Below are positions 44,376-57,239 of a stretch of 64,000 nucleotides of DNA, in pieces. A program made the translations under genes and the position numbers. The notes under the pieces are model-generated. The model ran no database searches. It was not told the DNA's origin and saw nothing but the letters and a program-made list of their open reading frames with translations. Numbering within the stretch: position 1 is the first letter of the stretch; every line of letters starts with the position of its first letter. This DNA is from Ascidiella aspersa (taxonomy: Eukaryota), in assembly GCA_963924565.1 (NCBI GenBank), contig OZ004610.1, forward strand, positions 12,090,001 through 12,154,000, read 5' to 3'.

Positions 44376-46490
44376 TGCTCGATTCGTTTCAGCGTCTATT
44401 AAAAACAAGCAACAACGGCGTAAATTCAGACCACTGACAAAATTGCCGCACTTCCCTGTCTCCTTTTTCCTTCCTGAACTGATGCGCCGTGCTGATTTAC
44501 TTTGATGAACAACAGCAAACCTGGGCCAGCCAATTGAGGCGCACCTCCCTACACTCAAACAAAAAGCTGCGTAAGCGTTTCACTGCCCCTTCAAGCGATA
44601 CATACCTTTCGGTTGGCATGTTTCGAAGAAATGAAGGAGTTTTGCATTTTTAAGACCGGTAGGCAAAAAAGATGAACAAAAAAAACGTCGAACTTTATAT
44701 ATTAATGCAGGTTACCAAATGTGTTAGGCACAGTCCTGCTTGGGTTTAGCTGATATCTTGTGTGTGATCAGTGCCTATATATTGATATAGGTATAGGCAC
44801 TGGTGTGATTTAGCTTCTTGACAAGTAATGAACGTAAATATAAAAAAGACTGATTTAATCCGTGTTTTTTAAATGACCAAGATTTTACCTACTCACCTCG
44901 ACATGGCACTGTTCGTTTTTTTTTTTTATTTTAAACAGTCAACTATAACTGTAAATGGCACGAAATTCAGAGCACAAAATATAACGAAAGTTTATACAAT
45001 CGCAATAAAGGTACCTTAAAGGCAACAAGCACTAAACACAGCAAATCGCATGGCACAATAAGCCAAATAGCACAACTCATTTAATAAACCCAAAATAAAA
45101 TACAGAAAAAGTGCAAAGGTTGCAAAGCGATAGACTTATTGACAGAAGAGTATGTATCCAATTTATGGCTTTAAATTATAAACGCAGCGACATGACATAG
45201 TTCGTAAAAGCACCGTGGATTTTAAACGCAGATACTGCGATATGTTGCAATTTGTACTCGTCATGATTGTAGCGCAAATTTAAAACCTCTATCAAAGCAC
45301 GATTGGAAAGCACCTTGGAAAAACAGTGTAAAGCGAGTAAACAAAGCAGAATTAAGGAAAAATGTGTAACTTTATTTGACTCGTAAGCTTTATGGCACGA
45401 TCCCCAACCACAGTTTGTTATATGATCGACGATTGAAGCAAAGTCAATCAGTAGAATTAGCCTTCGTAATACTGTGGCCGTATTTGCACCTGAAAATACA
45501 ATGAAAGTATCTTCTTTCAAACATACGTAACGAAATAGAAAAAACAAGATAGTAATAAAAGTAGAACAAGTCGTATGAAAAGGGGCAATGCTAGTATAAC
45601 TAAAATAGAAATAAAACAGGTAAATCCAATTTATTGAAATAAATGAAATGCATGAATAGCGTTTGTAGTATGTTTTATTTCTAATACTTGATGAAACAAT
45701 TAACTGTCATCATGTCTTGGGTTTAAACTAATTTAGTTTTTCTGTGACTTGACACAGCGTTATATGTAAAAACTAGATGTTACCCGGCATTAACAAAAAC
45801 AGTTAGGTAACAAAAAGGTATAAGCATTGCACAAAAGCCCAAGCAAAAAGCACCGCTATAAAACCGGTCAGCGAAAAAAATCTGCCGAGTCAGCGCCGCT
45901 GACAAACGGCAGCGAAGCGTGACAGGCACTATAGCGTAACTTGGTCGGCGTCGAAATCTTGGGCAGCAAATGTTCTAAGCATAAAAAGCTAACAGCATAA
46001 ATTCGCCAAATTCGCAGCTGATAAGTACGCTTTCGCATTGTTTGTCATTGTTTGCCTCTTCGCCAATAAAAATGTTTCCCTCTAAAACCTGGATAATTAC
46101 TAGAAATGTCCGATAGATAATATCGGACGGGCCGTTACCCTGAGACAAGTGGTAGTTTCGGTACTCGTATCATACTAGGGTGGTTTCGATCCGATACCAA
46201 ATTAATTTAGACATTTCAGCCATAATTTTGCCAATTTTTTTAAAATAAAGGTAACTAAGTCTCCCACTGCTTAAGCAATTTTGTGCTTAGCCACCAAAAA
46301 AACTTTACGGTTGCATATTTTGAATTCTACTTATTTGGATTATTTAACCATAACAATGCCCTCATTTGGTATCCGATCTGATTGGCTTTTTGCTCTATAT
46401 GATTTTTGGATATGTAATAAAATATGAAGTATCAGATATCCTCAGTAATAACACGTTTTTAAACCCCAATATCCCAGTTATTGTGACAAG

Positions 46491-46593
46491 TTATAGTAAA
46501 CCTGATCCCCAAACCTCGCTGTGTTGTGACACGTAGTGCAAATCGTGGGCGGGAAGGTCCGGCGAAAAGTGCTGGTAGCTTGTGGAAGGATGC

Positions 46594-46668
<75 letters not shown>

Positions 46669-49600
46669 TGTTGTTGGTCGTCAAACTTAAGAAACTCCAG
46701 TTCGGATCGAAGCGATTGAAGCTGCTTCTCGATGTTTCGCGTTTTCATTTGGTATTCGACCCTAAATGAAATATAGATTGGCAGGTCTTCGCAGATAATC
46801 TTAAGAACAATTATCACAGGGATATTATTGTGCGAGCGACACTTGAGTAGTGGGAAAAATGTTTTAAAAATTCAAGTGTCTGTCGAAGTAATTTTAGCAA
46901 ACATTTATATTATTTCTGAAAAGTTACCATTTAATAATTTAAAATTAAAAAAACAAGTTTTCTGTTTTTCATAAGCATCGCAAATTCTCCGTCGGTGGAT
47001 TTTGCCAAACGAATATAGGATACACTGCAACTCATTGTCACATCTAGATCTGTAACTTTAATGGTTGGCTGGTCACGAACCACTAACCATCGAACAGCCA
47101 TGTGAACCTCTGCAATAACTACTAACTAGTGGTAACGGCCACGGGTGTTTTACCGTTCTTTTTCAATCTCCTGTGACAGCTGCTGCATGTCCACGTGACC
47201 AGCGTTGGCGGAAAACTCGCTGCTGTTTCGGTTTGACGGGTTTCCGCCGTCGGTCAACCCGGAAGTACTGCTTCCGGGTGAGTACATGCGGTAGGGCGAC
47301 GCCTGGTGGGCGGCAGCTGGTACCGACATCGAGTTACTGGATTGGGCGAGAGTGTGAATTGGGTGAACCTGGGTATGCGGTGGGGGCTGCTGCAGCTGTT
47401 GCTGGGGCAGCGGCATGGTGTAACCGTTCACCGACATGTTGCTTGATGTGCTCGGCGAAGCGTGGTGCTAAAAAAGGCACGAGTTGGAACAGTTTTATTT
47501 CGCAGCTTTTTGTTTAACCTCACACTATTTAAACACAATCTATTGTTTGTAAAATGTTTTTATTTCATCATAATCAAATGGGGGTCGTTTAAGTTTTTCA
47601 ATTCAATTGCGACATACTTCTTGCAAATATATTATTATTATCCTCCGACGTATGCATTTCAAATGATGGTTACAAAAAAATACAGCGATTTATTTTAATT
47701 TTCTGTTACAAACAAACAAAAAATAAATAAAAACTAAGAAAATTTCAATCACTGGTGCCTCGGCAATCAACTTTTACAAAGGCGCCGCGAAAAAAAAGTT
47801 TCTTGAGAACCGCTGTTATAATCCAAACTTACGCGATTGAGTTGTCTTTATTATAAAAAAACACGACCAGCAAAAGTTAAAAAGTTAAAAATAAACCATG
47901 ACTTGGAAAGAAAAGCAATTCGGCTCGCATTTTAATTACAAGCTTACCATGTTAGTTGATTGCTGCCACAATTTCATATTGACTTCATTAAGAGCTTTCT
48001 TCAACGTTCTAACTTCTTCTTTTAACTTTTCATTCTCCATTTCTCTACAAGTAATAGCATCAGTATTAAATTAGCATTTTTTTTCTCCTGTTGAGGTACG
48101 ACAAACGACCAAAAATAAATATCGTTTCAAACACTGTAGATAATTACATATCGCAATTAAACTTACTGCGTTCTTGAATTCTCAGTCAGTTGCTTCGTGA
48201 TCTGGTCATACTGATGAATGGTTTGTTTCAGTTGCTGATTAATCTCTTGGGCCTTAACAAAAATATAATCCAAAGCGTTAACTTGAGTAAAGCCAATGCC
48301 AAAAACACAGTGACCAGTTCATTACGTATAAACCTTTGCCATACATTTCAACTTACCCTCATCAGCTCTGCGTTTTGCTTCTGTAACTCTTGATCAGTTT
48401 TGGAACCCTTCATGCCTAACAACATCGCTTCCTCCATTGATAACTTGGCCTTTTCCGACAATAGCTCATTGGAGTCCTCCGACTTTCTCTAAAATCAAAA
48501 CTTACTACTAGCTAGTTTGTTTTGTAACAAAATAAATGGAAAAAAGTAATATTTAGAGAGCATACCAGTGAATCCATCAATGCATTGTTTTCGTCCTGAA
48601 CTTGCTTCAGTTTTGCATCTAGTTCATCCTTTTCATGTTGGATTTGAAGTCGCAAGTCTTTCTCTCTTTTCAATCTATCCCTCTCAGCCTATGAAAAGGA
48701 AATATATATAAGAAAAGCAAAGTATATATAAATTTTCAATATTTGAAAACAGCGAAGTAAGCATATATATATATATATATATACCTGTTTTCTAGCCTTT
48801 TCTTCTTTGGCCTGGTCTTTCATATGCTGTATTTCCATGCTGTCTACTTTTCTTCGTTGCATAAAAAGATCATGATTTCCTTTACACAAGTCGAGGATCT
48901 AGACATAGTACAAAAATAACATCTTTAGAATATAGAGATTAGAAACTTTACAAATTGACAAGCTTAATGTGAAATAAATGACATTACCATACTAAGAACA
49001 CTATATTAATAGTCACATACAAGCTATTTCAACAAATTAGGATTATAATTAGAACAGGGTATGTCACATATTATTTTTCCACTAATGATTAGTCTATCTA
49101 AACCAGTAGTTCTTAACACCTTTTTTTTAAAGCTCTTTTCTGAAATCATAATGAAAACAGGAAATACATTTTAAAAGGCTAAATAATTAAAATAATATAT
49201 GCTTGCTCAAATACTACTCTTTGGATCCCCAGAGAGGCCAAGGGCCATGGTTGATAAACCCCCATCTAAATCTTTGTATGAAATATTTTCCACAAAATCA
49301 ATTCAAAGTAAAGAGGTAAATAATGTTTCATGTGTAGATATTCACCAGCTTGCTAGTGTCTTGATCATCTGTGTAGAAGGAAATTTCCTCACACATATTG
49401 TTAATATTTGTGGTCGATGACATCATTTGAAGCCTTCTCCTGCCAAGTGTTCCACCTGATCACACATGGTATAATATTTTAGATGGGATTTCAAAGATAT
49501 CAAACTCCTAGAGTCCAGATTGTGTTACACCTTTAATTTTGCTAGGAAGGAATTGGTATCTAAACATATTTTGACTGTTTATTTAGACCGTATATTTTAT

Positions 49601-52423
49601 TATTTTTTTAATTGGCATTTCATGGGTGCCCCAGAGTTAGGAGGGGGAAACTCGGCTTATCTTAGGTTATTCCATAACGTCATATCACTGGCGTAACAAT
49701 AAAACACTACCATGAATGTACAGCTTACCAAGCAACAACTAAGTTCCACACTATTTTATACTCATGTTTTTGCACATTTCTAACAATGTGTCACCTAACA
49801 TACTAATGTATTTACACAAAGCAGTTTTATTATAAATTAAACTTAGTGGGGTATCAATAATTTGTTTTGGACACTTTAAAACAAACCTCCGCTGCCAGTA
49901 CTGGATGTTTGCTTGATGATAAACTTATTTCCAGAGTAGGACATGTCAGCCAAATCACTCCAATGGTAGGAATGAATAGGTGAAAGTTTGCTGCTTTTAG
50001 GATACAGACTTACAGATTTGGCATCAACCCCCAGCCACATTTCTGTCCCATTTGCATCCTTTATGTAAAATAAAACAGTAAACAAACACTGAAAAGGTAG
50101 TCAACAATTTTATACAGTAATTCTACAATAACAAATATATAATGTGATTTTGTAAAGCAAATTACATTTAAATTCTACAACATTAAGGTTGGGATAGTTG
50201 GCAGAAATGGATTTAAGTTGAAGAAAACCAGAATGTCACGGATGTTCACCTTTATGCTAAAATAGTTAACTCCACTCATTTCAAATTCTTGGACCATTTT
50301 TAAATATTCAAGTTCTGCTTCATCCCTTGTATAGCCATGATGTTGAGCATACCTTGAAGTAGTTATATGAAAATCGTTAACATGTGAAGTAAAAAGGTAA
50401 AAAATATTTCTGTTTCAGTCCTTATTAATTATACTGATGAAGACCATAATATGTTTTATATTCAATGTAATTGTACCAATTGGTGATTTGCTCTTCCCAC
50501 ATTGCTCCAGTCACAGACTGAAAGTTGTTTAAAACACATTGTGGAAGAAGGATTTCTTCTGACAAGAACCCAGGCTTGTGCACTTCAGGATCATAGTCAC
50601 CAAACTACAACAATTATTGTTAATCAATTAAATAGGACATATTTTTTCTTAATATTTGAATCCTTTAACAAATGCTGGAAATATACCTTCGCTTGAACGG
50701 CATATGACGCTAAAAGGATTGATGCTTCTGGTTGACATTCAATTTCTTCAGTTAAAATTAGTTGTTGAAACTAATAGTTGAAAATAATAAACATTACTAT
50801 TAGTTTTAATGTCTTAAAGTTGACTAATGATTTCATGAAAAATGTATTTCATAAAGGTGATACATCAAAGACAGAGGGTTTAGCAACTCAAATTACAATT
50901 TTATACATAAATTATACATACATTTTACACCCAAAAATAACAAGTTTGCTGTTACAGCCAAATTGATTCCTGTATTATTTAAACGAAAAATTAATTCAAT
51001 GTCACTTTTTTTTCCATATATTTTTTATAAGTAAGTTTAAAGCTCATAGTGAATAAAGATTAATTTATTCAAAAAGTTTAAATATCAGGGTTGAAATATC
51101 ATATCACACAGGCCCATTATTTCTTGTTTGAAGTTTTGATATTTTAAAAATATTGTACAAAGATATATTTTGGCCAGGTAAAACTATATAAATAAACCAG
51201 TTAAAAAAAACTACATAAACTTTTCCTAAACAGACAGATAAGTTTATAAAACTGGATCTTATTTGCTTAAAGCTCAAAGGTATTCATTAAATTGGTGTTC
51301 AAATATAATACAATGAGTTTCATAAAACAAAGCCATATGAAAAAAAATACCTGCAGATAAAACATATGCCTTGTAACTTCTTGTATTAGCTCTTCCTCTA
51401 AAACTTCTGGATAAAACTTTGCCAAAAACTTTAAATCAATGTAACCAGCAGAATATCGTGGTATGCTTTGATCAAGAATCTAAAATTTTGTTATTTGGCA
51501 AAATTATCATTAAAACACAAAATCACCACAAAAATGTTTACCCCGAGGGGCCACAACCGACAGGTGGGGACCACTGGTATCTGGATTTAGCAATAAATCA
51601 TAGCACTGAATTTTTAGCAATTAATAGTTCAGATCGCCTATTTCCTAAATTTAATTTTAAAAAAAGTCTAGGCTAGTTTTTCAAATTAAAAATACGAATT
51701 TCAAATTTTTAATGTTTGTTTATTACTTTTAATGGCAGGCATTTCAGTTCAGATGGTGTCCTCAGTTTAGACTTTTTCTCATAATGTATTCCTTTTTTGC
51801 TAGTCCACTAATTGGTATCATAAATCTATGCTCAGCTTAATTCTGAGATTTTTGCCAAAGTTTAAATAGCTAATAAATCATTGCACACTATTTGAGTTAG
51901 GGTGAGAGTTTCAATAGTTGTTGGCTTAGGTATACCCTACAGGCAAATAGTCTCTCCTCTTCTTAAACTTTCACACAAATCAATCGAGAATAATATTATT
52001 TTGTTTACAGAGTATAATACCTTTTTATCAAGTTTTAGCCAAACTAATTTGTTTTTGCTGTCTTGATATGCCAAACCAAAGTACCATGTTTCACGTAGTC
52101 CAACTGTATGACAAACAAGATCAAAAACCCTTTTCAGCTTTGCTGACTGATCCACACTATATGCATATAAAATTATTATTAGATCAAATATAGGACGGTA
52201 TAGGTTAATATTTAAAGGCAGAGTTAAACAACTAAATATGTTTACAAACATTGAGTACTTGTAATATTAATACACAGTTTTCAAACATATTATAGATTAG
52301 AAAATAACATAAGACATCATTATTATGCAACAGAACAAACCTGAATTCTAGGTCGGCATCAAACATAGATATTCGCACAGAAACCAGTTTAGATCTTTTC
52401 TTTTTTAAAATACTTAACGGCAT
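46491..52423 (-). CDS. NF2: Merlin (neurofibromin 2)-like FERM protein, ~693 aa, >=15 exons; terminal exon uncertain
   Basis: complement join(52341-52423,52021-52156,51351-51479,50687-50770,50477-50604,50250-50352,49887-50058,49346-49455,48785-48898,48566-48688,48357-48488,48167-48252,47948-48044,47154-47467,46491-46761). Motifs [35 protein letters not shown], merlin-type [11 protein letters not shown]...[19 protein letters not shown] possible further exon lies at 45989-46081. Confidence 0.9.
46593..46676 (-). repeat. Coding CAG/CAA repeat, 28 Gln
   Basis: 84 nt of CTG/TTG on +, in frame in the NF2 exon between LKFDD and HPSTS. Confidence 0.95.
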
Positions 52424-52814
52424 ATCGAAGAGATGTGCTTTCACAGCAACGGAAGTACAAAACTTGCTTTGTTTCTGTTAAAAAAATAACGGGGAATCCC
52501 CATAGATGATTGACAAGTAAAATCACGGTAAACGGTCTTTACTAAGTTTATCTAAAATGTATTCGTAGAATTGGGTGTTTCTTTTATCTTAAAAAAATAT
52601 CCAATTGGACTCTAAATACCGTACACAAGGTAATTATTTATGCACGATTTAAACCTTTTACTTTCCTTGCATTTTATTCGATCACATGCTACGTCATCAA
52701 ACGCTGAGCAACAACAAATCGCACGTGCGTTTTGTATTTGACAAAGTTTAATTCTGCTGCATATTATGCAGGTTGCGTACAGAAGGCTTAACTTTATTAT
52801 CCTAAAAAGTTAGG
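52424..52814. promoter_or_regulatory. Bidirectional promoter between NF2 (-) and EXD2 (+)
   Basis: Divergent ATGs 391 bp apart; local CpG enrichment; CRE-like TACGTCA (~52690) and E-box CACGTG (~52722). Confidence 0.7.
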
Positions 52815-55800
52815 ATGAAGCATGCCTTGGTGGCTGCTTTTGGCGGAGGTTTATGTGCTGGATTAGTAACTGGGACTTTTCTGGCATACTTGCGTGAGCA
52901 AACCAAGCGTTCGTTGTCTTACTGTTTGGCTAAACTCAATTTATGGCCTTTCAAAAGTCAACGAATATCGGAAGAAGATGGATTGCCGTTCAAAGAAATT
53001 CGGATCATAACTACACGTTGTGAATTCGACCAATGTATTAAAAAACTAGAACAACACTTGGCAAATGTAGGGAAAATTATACACTTTATTGTTACTTATA
53101 TATATGCTGCATTTAAGTGTTCTCAACTAATGGGTCGCGGACCGCAGTAGTTCATATAGTTATGTTTATTAGGATTTATTCTGAGCAAGATTAGTACAAA
53201 TTTAAGGAAATGAAGAAAGCTGTACAAAGATTATACAAACATTAACTAAAAAATGCACATTTTTTTTGCTCATTTTCATGTTTTGTTTGCTTACAAAAAG
53301 TTTTAAAATAATTTGGTTGTCAAAGCTTTCCTGTAATAATTATGCCTAATCCTTGGGGCCTCATGAACATAGGTTGTGAAAGATTGCTTATTCATGTATA
53401 AAATGTAGTATAAAAACTCTACTAAATTATTTTTGACAACACATTATAAAAGTAAATAAACGTGATTTTATTACAAACATCATCGGTTGTTATGATAATT
53501 TATTACGTACTACATAAATCTTTCCAAAAATCTGATTACAGGTAAAACTTCTTGGTTTTGACTGTGAATGGGTGTCAACTGCAGAACGTACAGGGCCAGT
53601 TGCCTTGTTGCAGGTTGCCACAGTCTCTGGGTTGTGTCTACTTATAAGACTTTGCAAATATACTGATGAAATCCCAAAACAGTTTATCACAATTATGGGA
53701 GATAGAAGTGTTATTAAGGTATGATGTTCATGGCCTAAATACACATTAACAATACAAACTGCCCAATTTTGCATTTAAATTCATAGTTTGTGGCCGACAT
53801 TTATATATATGATTATTTTTCTTGGTTGAGAATTGTCACACCAAATGACACCTCTTGTGTGGTTTTGAGCAAAATAACTTTGGCGGGAAGGCCCTGGAGT
53901 GCAATCGGGCCTTGTATGATGTAATAAATCACATTTGGCATAAATTGCTTTAATAAAATATCCGGTGTGTACCTGTCAATTATACCAGTTGAATAACATG
54001 TGTAATATTTTAAGGTTGGGGTTGGGCCGCTTGGCGATGCTATGAAACTTTTTAAGGACTGGAATCTTGTTGTACGAGGTTGTGTTGATCTCAGAGCAAT
54101 GGCGACGAGAGACAGATATATGGGGTGAGAAATATGGGAAAACTTGGTGAACAAAGTGGGTGAGCAGCATATGAAATTTTATTCTTTTAAGATCTATGAG
54201 TTTAAAGGGACTGGCTGACAATTATGTAGGAGCTGTTCTTGAAAAGGCTAAAGCAATCCAGTGTAGCAACTGGGAGGCTGATTGTTTGTCTTACAAACAG
54301 GTATCACCTTTCACCATTTTGAATTAGTTTTACCAATGTTAAAATTTTAGAAATTTTAAACCTGTGTAAATTTCCACATACACATTACAGGTTCAGTATG
54401 CTTCAAATGATGCTTGGGTTGCAGTACAGATATTTTCACATTTAATTGCAAGAAAAATTACAAAAAGCTCTGAAACTGTCAACAATTTGTCTACCAAGCT
54501 TTTACGGCACACAGTATGGTGTTTGGCATGTAGCTATTGTCAAGGCATCAAAGATGTAAAATTTAAATTCAAACACCGGAGTAATTCACCCAAAAAAAGA
54601 GTGAAATCTTCAGCAAGGCAACAAATGGTTTCTGGTTTACAGTTTAGGAACTTAAAATCCTATTCGACAAGGTGAGTATATCCAAATTTTTAGTTTGAAT
54701 ATCAGTAAAAAGCTATTGTATAGATACCTTTAATCAAGAAAAAGTTTGGAAAATATTACGTTTTAGAAAACAACCATTGTATGACAATTGCAAACTTCAA
54801 GCGCCTGATGGTCAACTTCTTTCTACTTGTGATCGAAAAAAGGCCTGCTGGTACTTGGAAAAGGAATTGGCAGGTTATTGTCATTGTTCTTGCATTGGGT
54901 TAAATATGCTAGATTCCCAAGGATTACTTGAAACATTAACAATTGATAAGATCCTGTCAAGTTATTAAAACTAAGATTATAATTATCATCCTATCACATA
55001 AAATAGCAAAAGTTACAATCTGTTATATAGGTTGGCCAGCTTCTGAGGTAGATTATGCTCCAGCTAAACATTTTAACTAATCTAAACACTGATTTCTAGC
55101 AAAACAGTTAATGATCATTGTAAATTATAGATGTCATATCCGAAGATCCTTTAACTGTTCGACTCCGGTTTGAGCCAGCAGGCAGGCCTGTTTCCAACAG
55201 AGACTATTACCTAAATGATAAAGAAAACATTTGTGTTGTGTGTGGTCACAGTGATTCGATTGTTCGAAAAAATGTCATTCCTCATGAATATCGCAGGTAT
55301 CAATTAAACAAGTTCAGCTTATAACTTGAAAAAAAATCTGTTACATGTTTACTTTTAGTAGGTTATAAATACAAATAAACCTTTAATGTATTTAGACACT
55401 TTCCACTAGTAATGAAAGATCACATATCTCATGACATCCTTCCAATGTGTGTTACATGCCACCAAGTGGCAGGTTTCTATGACGCTAGTCTTCGACAACA
55501 GATTTCTGTTGAATGCGAGGCTCCACTGGTAAGTTGCAGCACACATTGATTGGGTTTAAACTATTTAAGTTTTAAAAAGACTTCTTTTAACTATTTCATA
55601 TTTTTTCCTTTTTCTACAATATTTTATATTTTTTTAAGGGATCAAAACAGGCTGTTCAGCTGTTTGAAGATCATGAAAGACGGTCTGTTAGATCTGCCGG
55701 TAAAAAAGTTTTTAATTCTATATCCAAAAATGTAATTAATGAAACATTTTATCAACAGCCATGCTCCATATTGCTTTTACAAGTTTTTTTTATTATTTCT

Positions 55801-56807
55801 TGTCAGTGCTGTAATTTTGCTATCCTTGACACATTATAACATCAATTAAAATCTTTTTGGGTTAAATATAGCCTAAATTACAATTAAGTGTACAGAATGT
55901 AAGGGTGCTTGTAATGACAGAATGTAGCAAGCATTGGCGTACAGTTGTTTCTCGACTTGCTCCTCTCTGAGCCTGTCCCAGTGTGGCTGAATGTCGTGAG
56001 TTCGAACCTCACTGCAGTCTAGTTGTTTTTCTAGCCTGCCTTGCTTGCATTATTGATTGACATATTAGGTGAGTCTGTCATGTCTTTCATTAGTCTGCCA
56101 GTTTATTATTATTTTAAGCACTGCCAAAAATATGTTTAAAAGTTTAAAGAATAAGTTAAAAAAAATAATAATAATTATAATTATTTTAAAGTTTTTACAA
56201 AGAAACTTAAGATGTTTTGAAATACTATGCAAAAAATTCTAATAATGTTGTGTATTGTTTTGTCCCTCATGCTGTTTTTGATTTTTAGGAAGAGCTTTAG
56301 CTGCTGCTTGGGATAAAATTCCAGAACCACGAAAATCTCAACTTGAAACAATTATCACAGACTTTTTTAAAGTTAATTTTGTTACAAGAGAATTAATTGA
56401 AAAAGCCTCATTGTTGGAGACTAGGTATGGGAATTTTAATTAAATAAAGGCATGAAATAAACTTACAATAAATGTTTTTGTAAGGTATAAAAATGAAGCG
56501 TATATGCCACATGGTCTAAAAGTGGTGTCAAAGATTATGGAAGCACAAGATCTGCAAGTAAGATTTAGTTATCAATGTAAATTACTAATATTTTATAATA
56601 AAATGATATGAGATTGTAAATACTTTTTGCAAATTTTAAGGTTTAATTGTGTTTTTATGTCCAATTTTTTTTCAGGGATTAATTGATTTTGAAAGGAAAT
56701 GGAGAAAACATTTTCTTGATTCAATGCAACCAAAATATTTACCCGATATGTGGTCAGTGGACCACAATCATGACAGAATACCAAACCAATGTCATAATGG
56801 TGTATAA
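52815..56807 (+). CDS. EXD2: Exonuclease 3'-5' domain-containing protein 2, 578 aa, 12 exons
   Basis: join(52815-53066,53542-53718,54015-54124,54192-54300,54391-54671,54767-54873,55131-55296,55396-55528,55639-55699,56289-56424,56485-56557,56676-56807) = 1737 nt. N-terminal TM segment; DEDDy motifs LGFDCEW, CSNWEA, QYASNDA; EXD2-type LYDNC..APDG, RLRFEP, CVVCG, IPHEYRRHFP, HDILPMCVTCH, WRKHFLDSMQP. Confidence 0.95.
55914..56030 (+). ncRNA. Candidate Pol III type-2 transcript (vault-RNA-like panhandle or tRNA-Met-derived SINE head) in EXD2 intron 9
   Basis: A-box-like TAGCAAGCATTGG (55925); B-box/T-arm GTGAG-TTCGAAC-CTCAC (55996-56012); T5 at 56026-56030; the 5' and 3' ends can pair. Confidence 0.5.
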
Positions 56808-57239
56808 TAACAATTTTAGGTTCATTATATCCATTTGTTTTTTACAGATTATGTTGTTCCACTATTTCTGTTTAATGTAACTTTTGTTGTCCAGTGCTTT
56901 ACAAATCGATTTACTGATTTTGATATGGCATACACTTACATGAAATAAACCATTTGATTCAGTTGGTATGAAATATTAAAACCTCCATTGACTATTTTTT
57001 TCTATATTTTTCACATGCTACTGCTTGTTATGTTAATATTAGTTAATGCTTGCCCTCAAATAATTTAGGATTACATTTTCAGGTGCTTAGTTTTAAAAAT
57101 GCTTGTTTAAATACCAGTCTCAACAATTTGTTATGTCTTTCAACATTGTTTTATATTCTTGTTTTAAATGTTACTGTTTACATCACTGCTCAATCAGGTG
57201 TAGAAAATGTAAAGAAATATCTGATATTAATATGAATTC

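Noticed and set aside
46478-46769. Poly-Leu (+) and poly-Ser (-) ORFs
   Set aside because: Alternative frames of the NF2 CAG repeat.
49104-49263. Further hAT remnants (also near 47760-47814, 51540-51577, 61100-61133, 46175-46440)
   Set aside because: Single or heavily degenerate ends without a confirmable TSD; boundaries cannot be supported.
55914-56030. Intact tRNA gene
   Set aside because: Only the T-arm is canonical; no proper D-arm, anticodon arm or correctly spaced acceptor stem.
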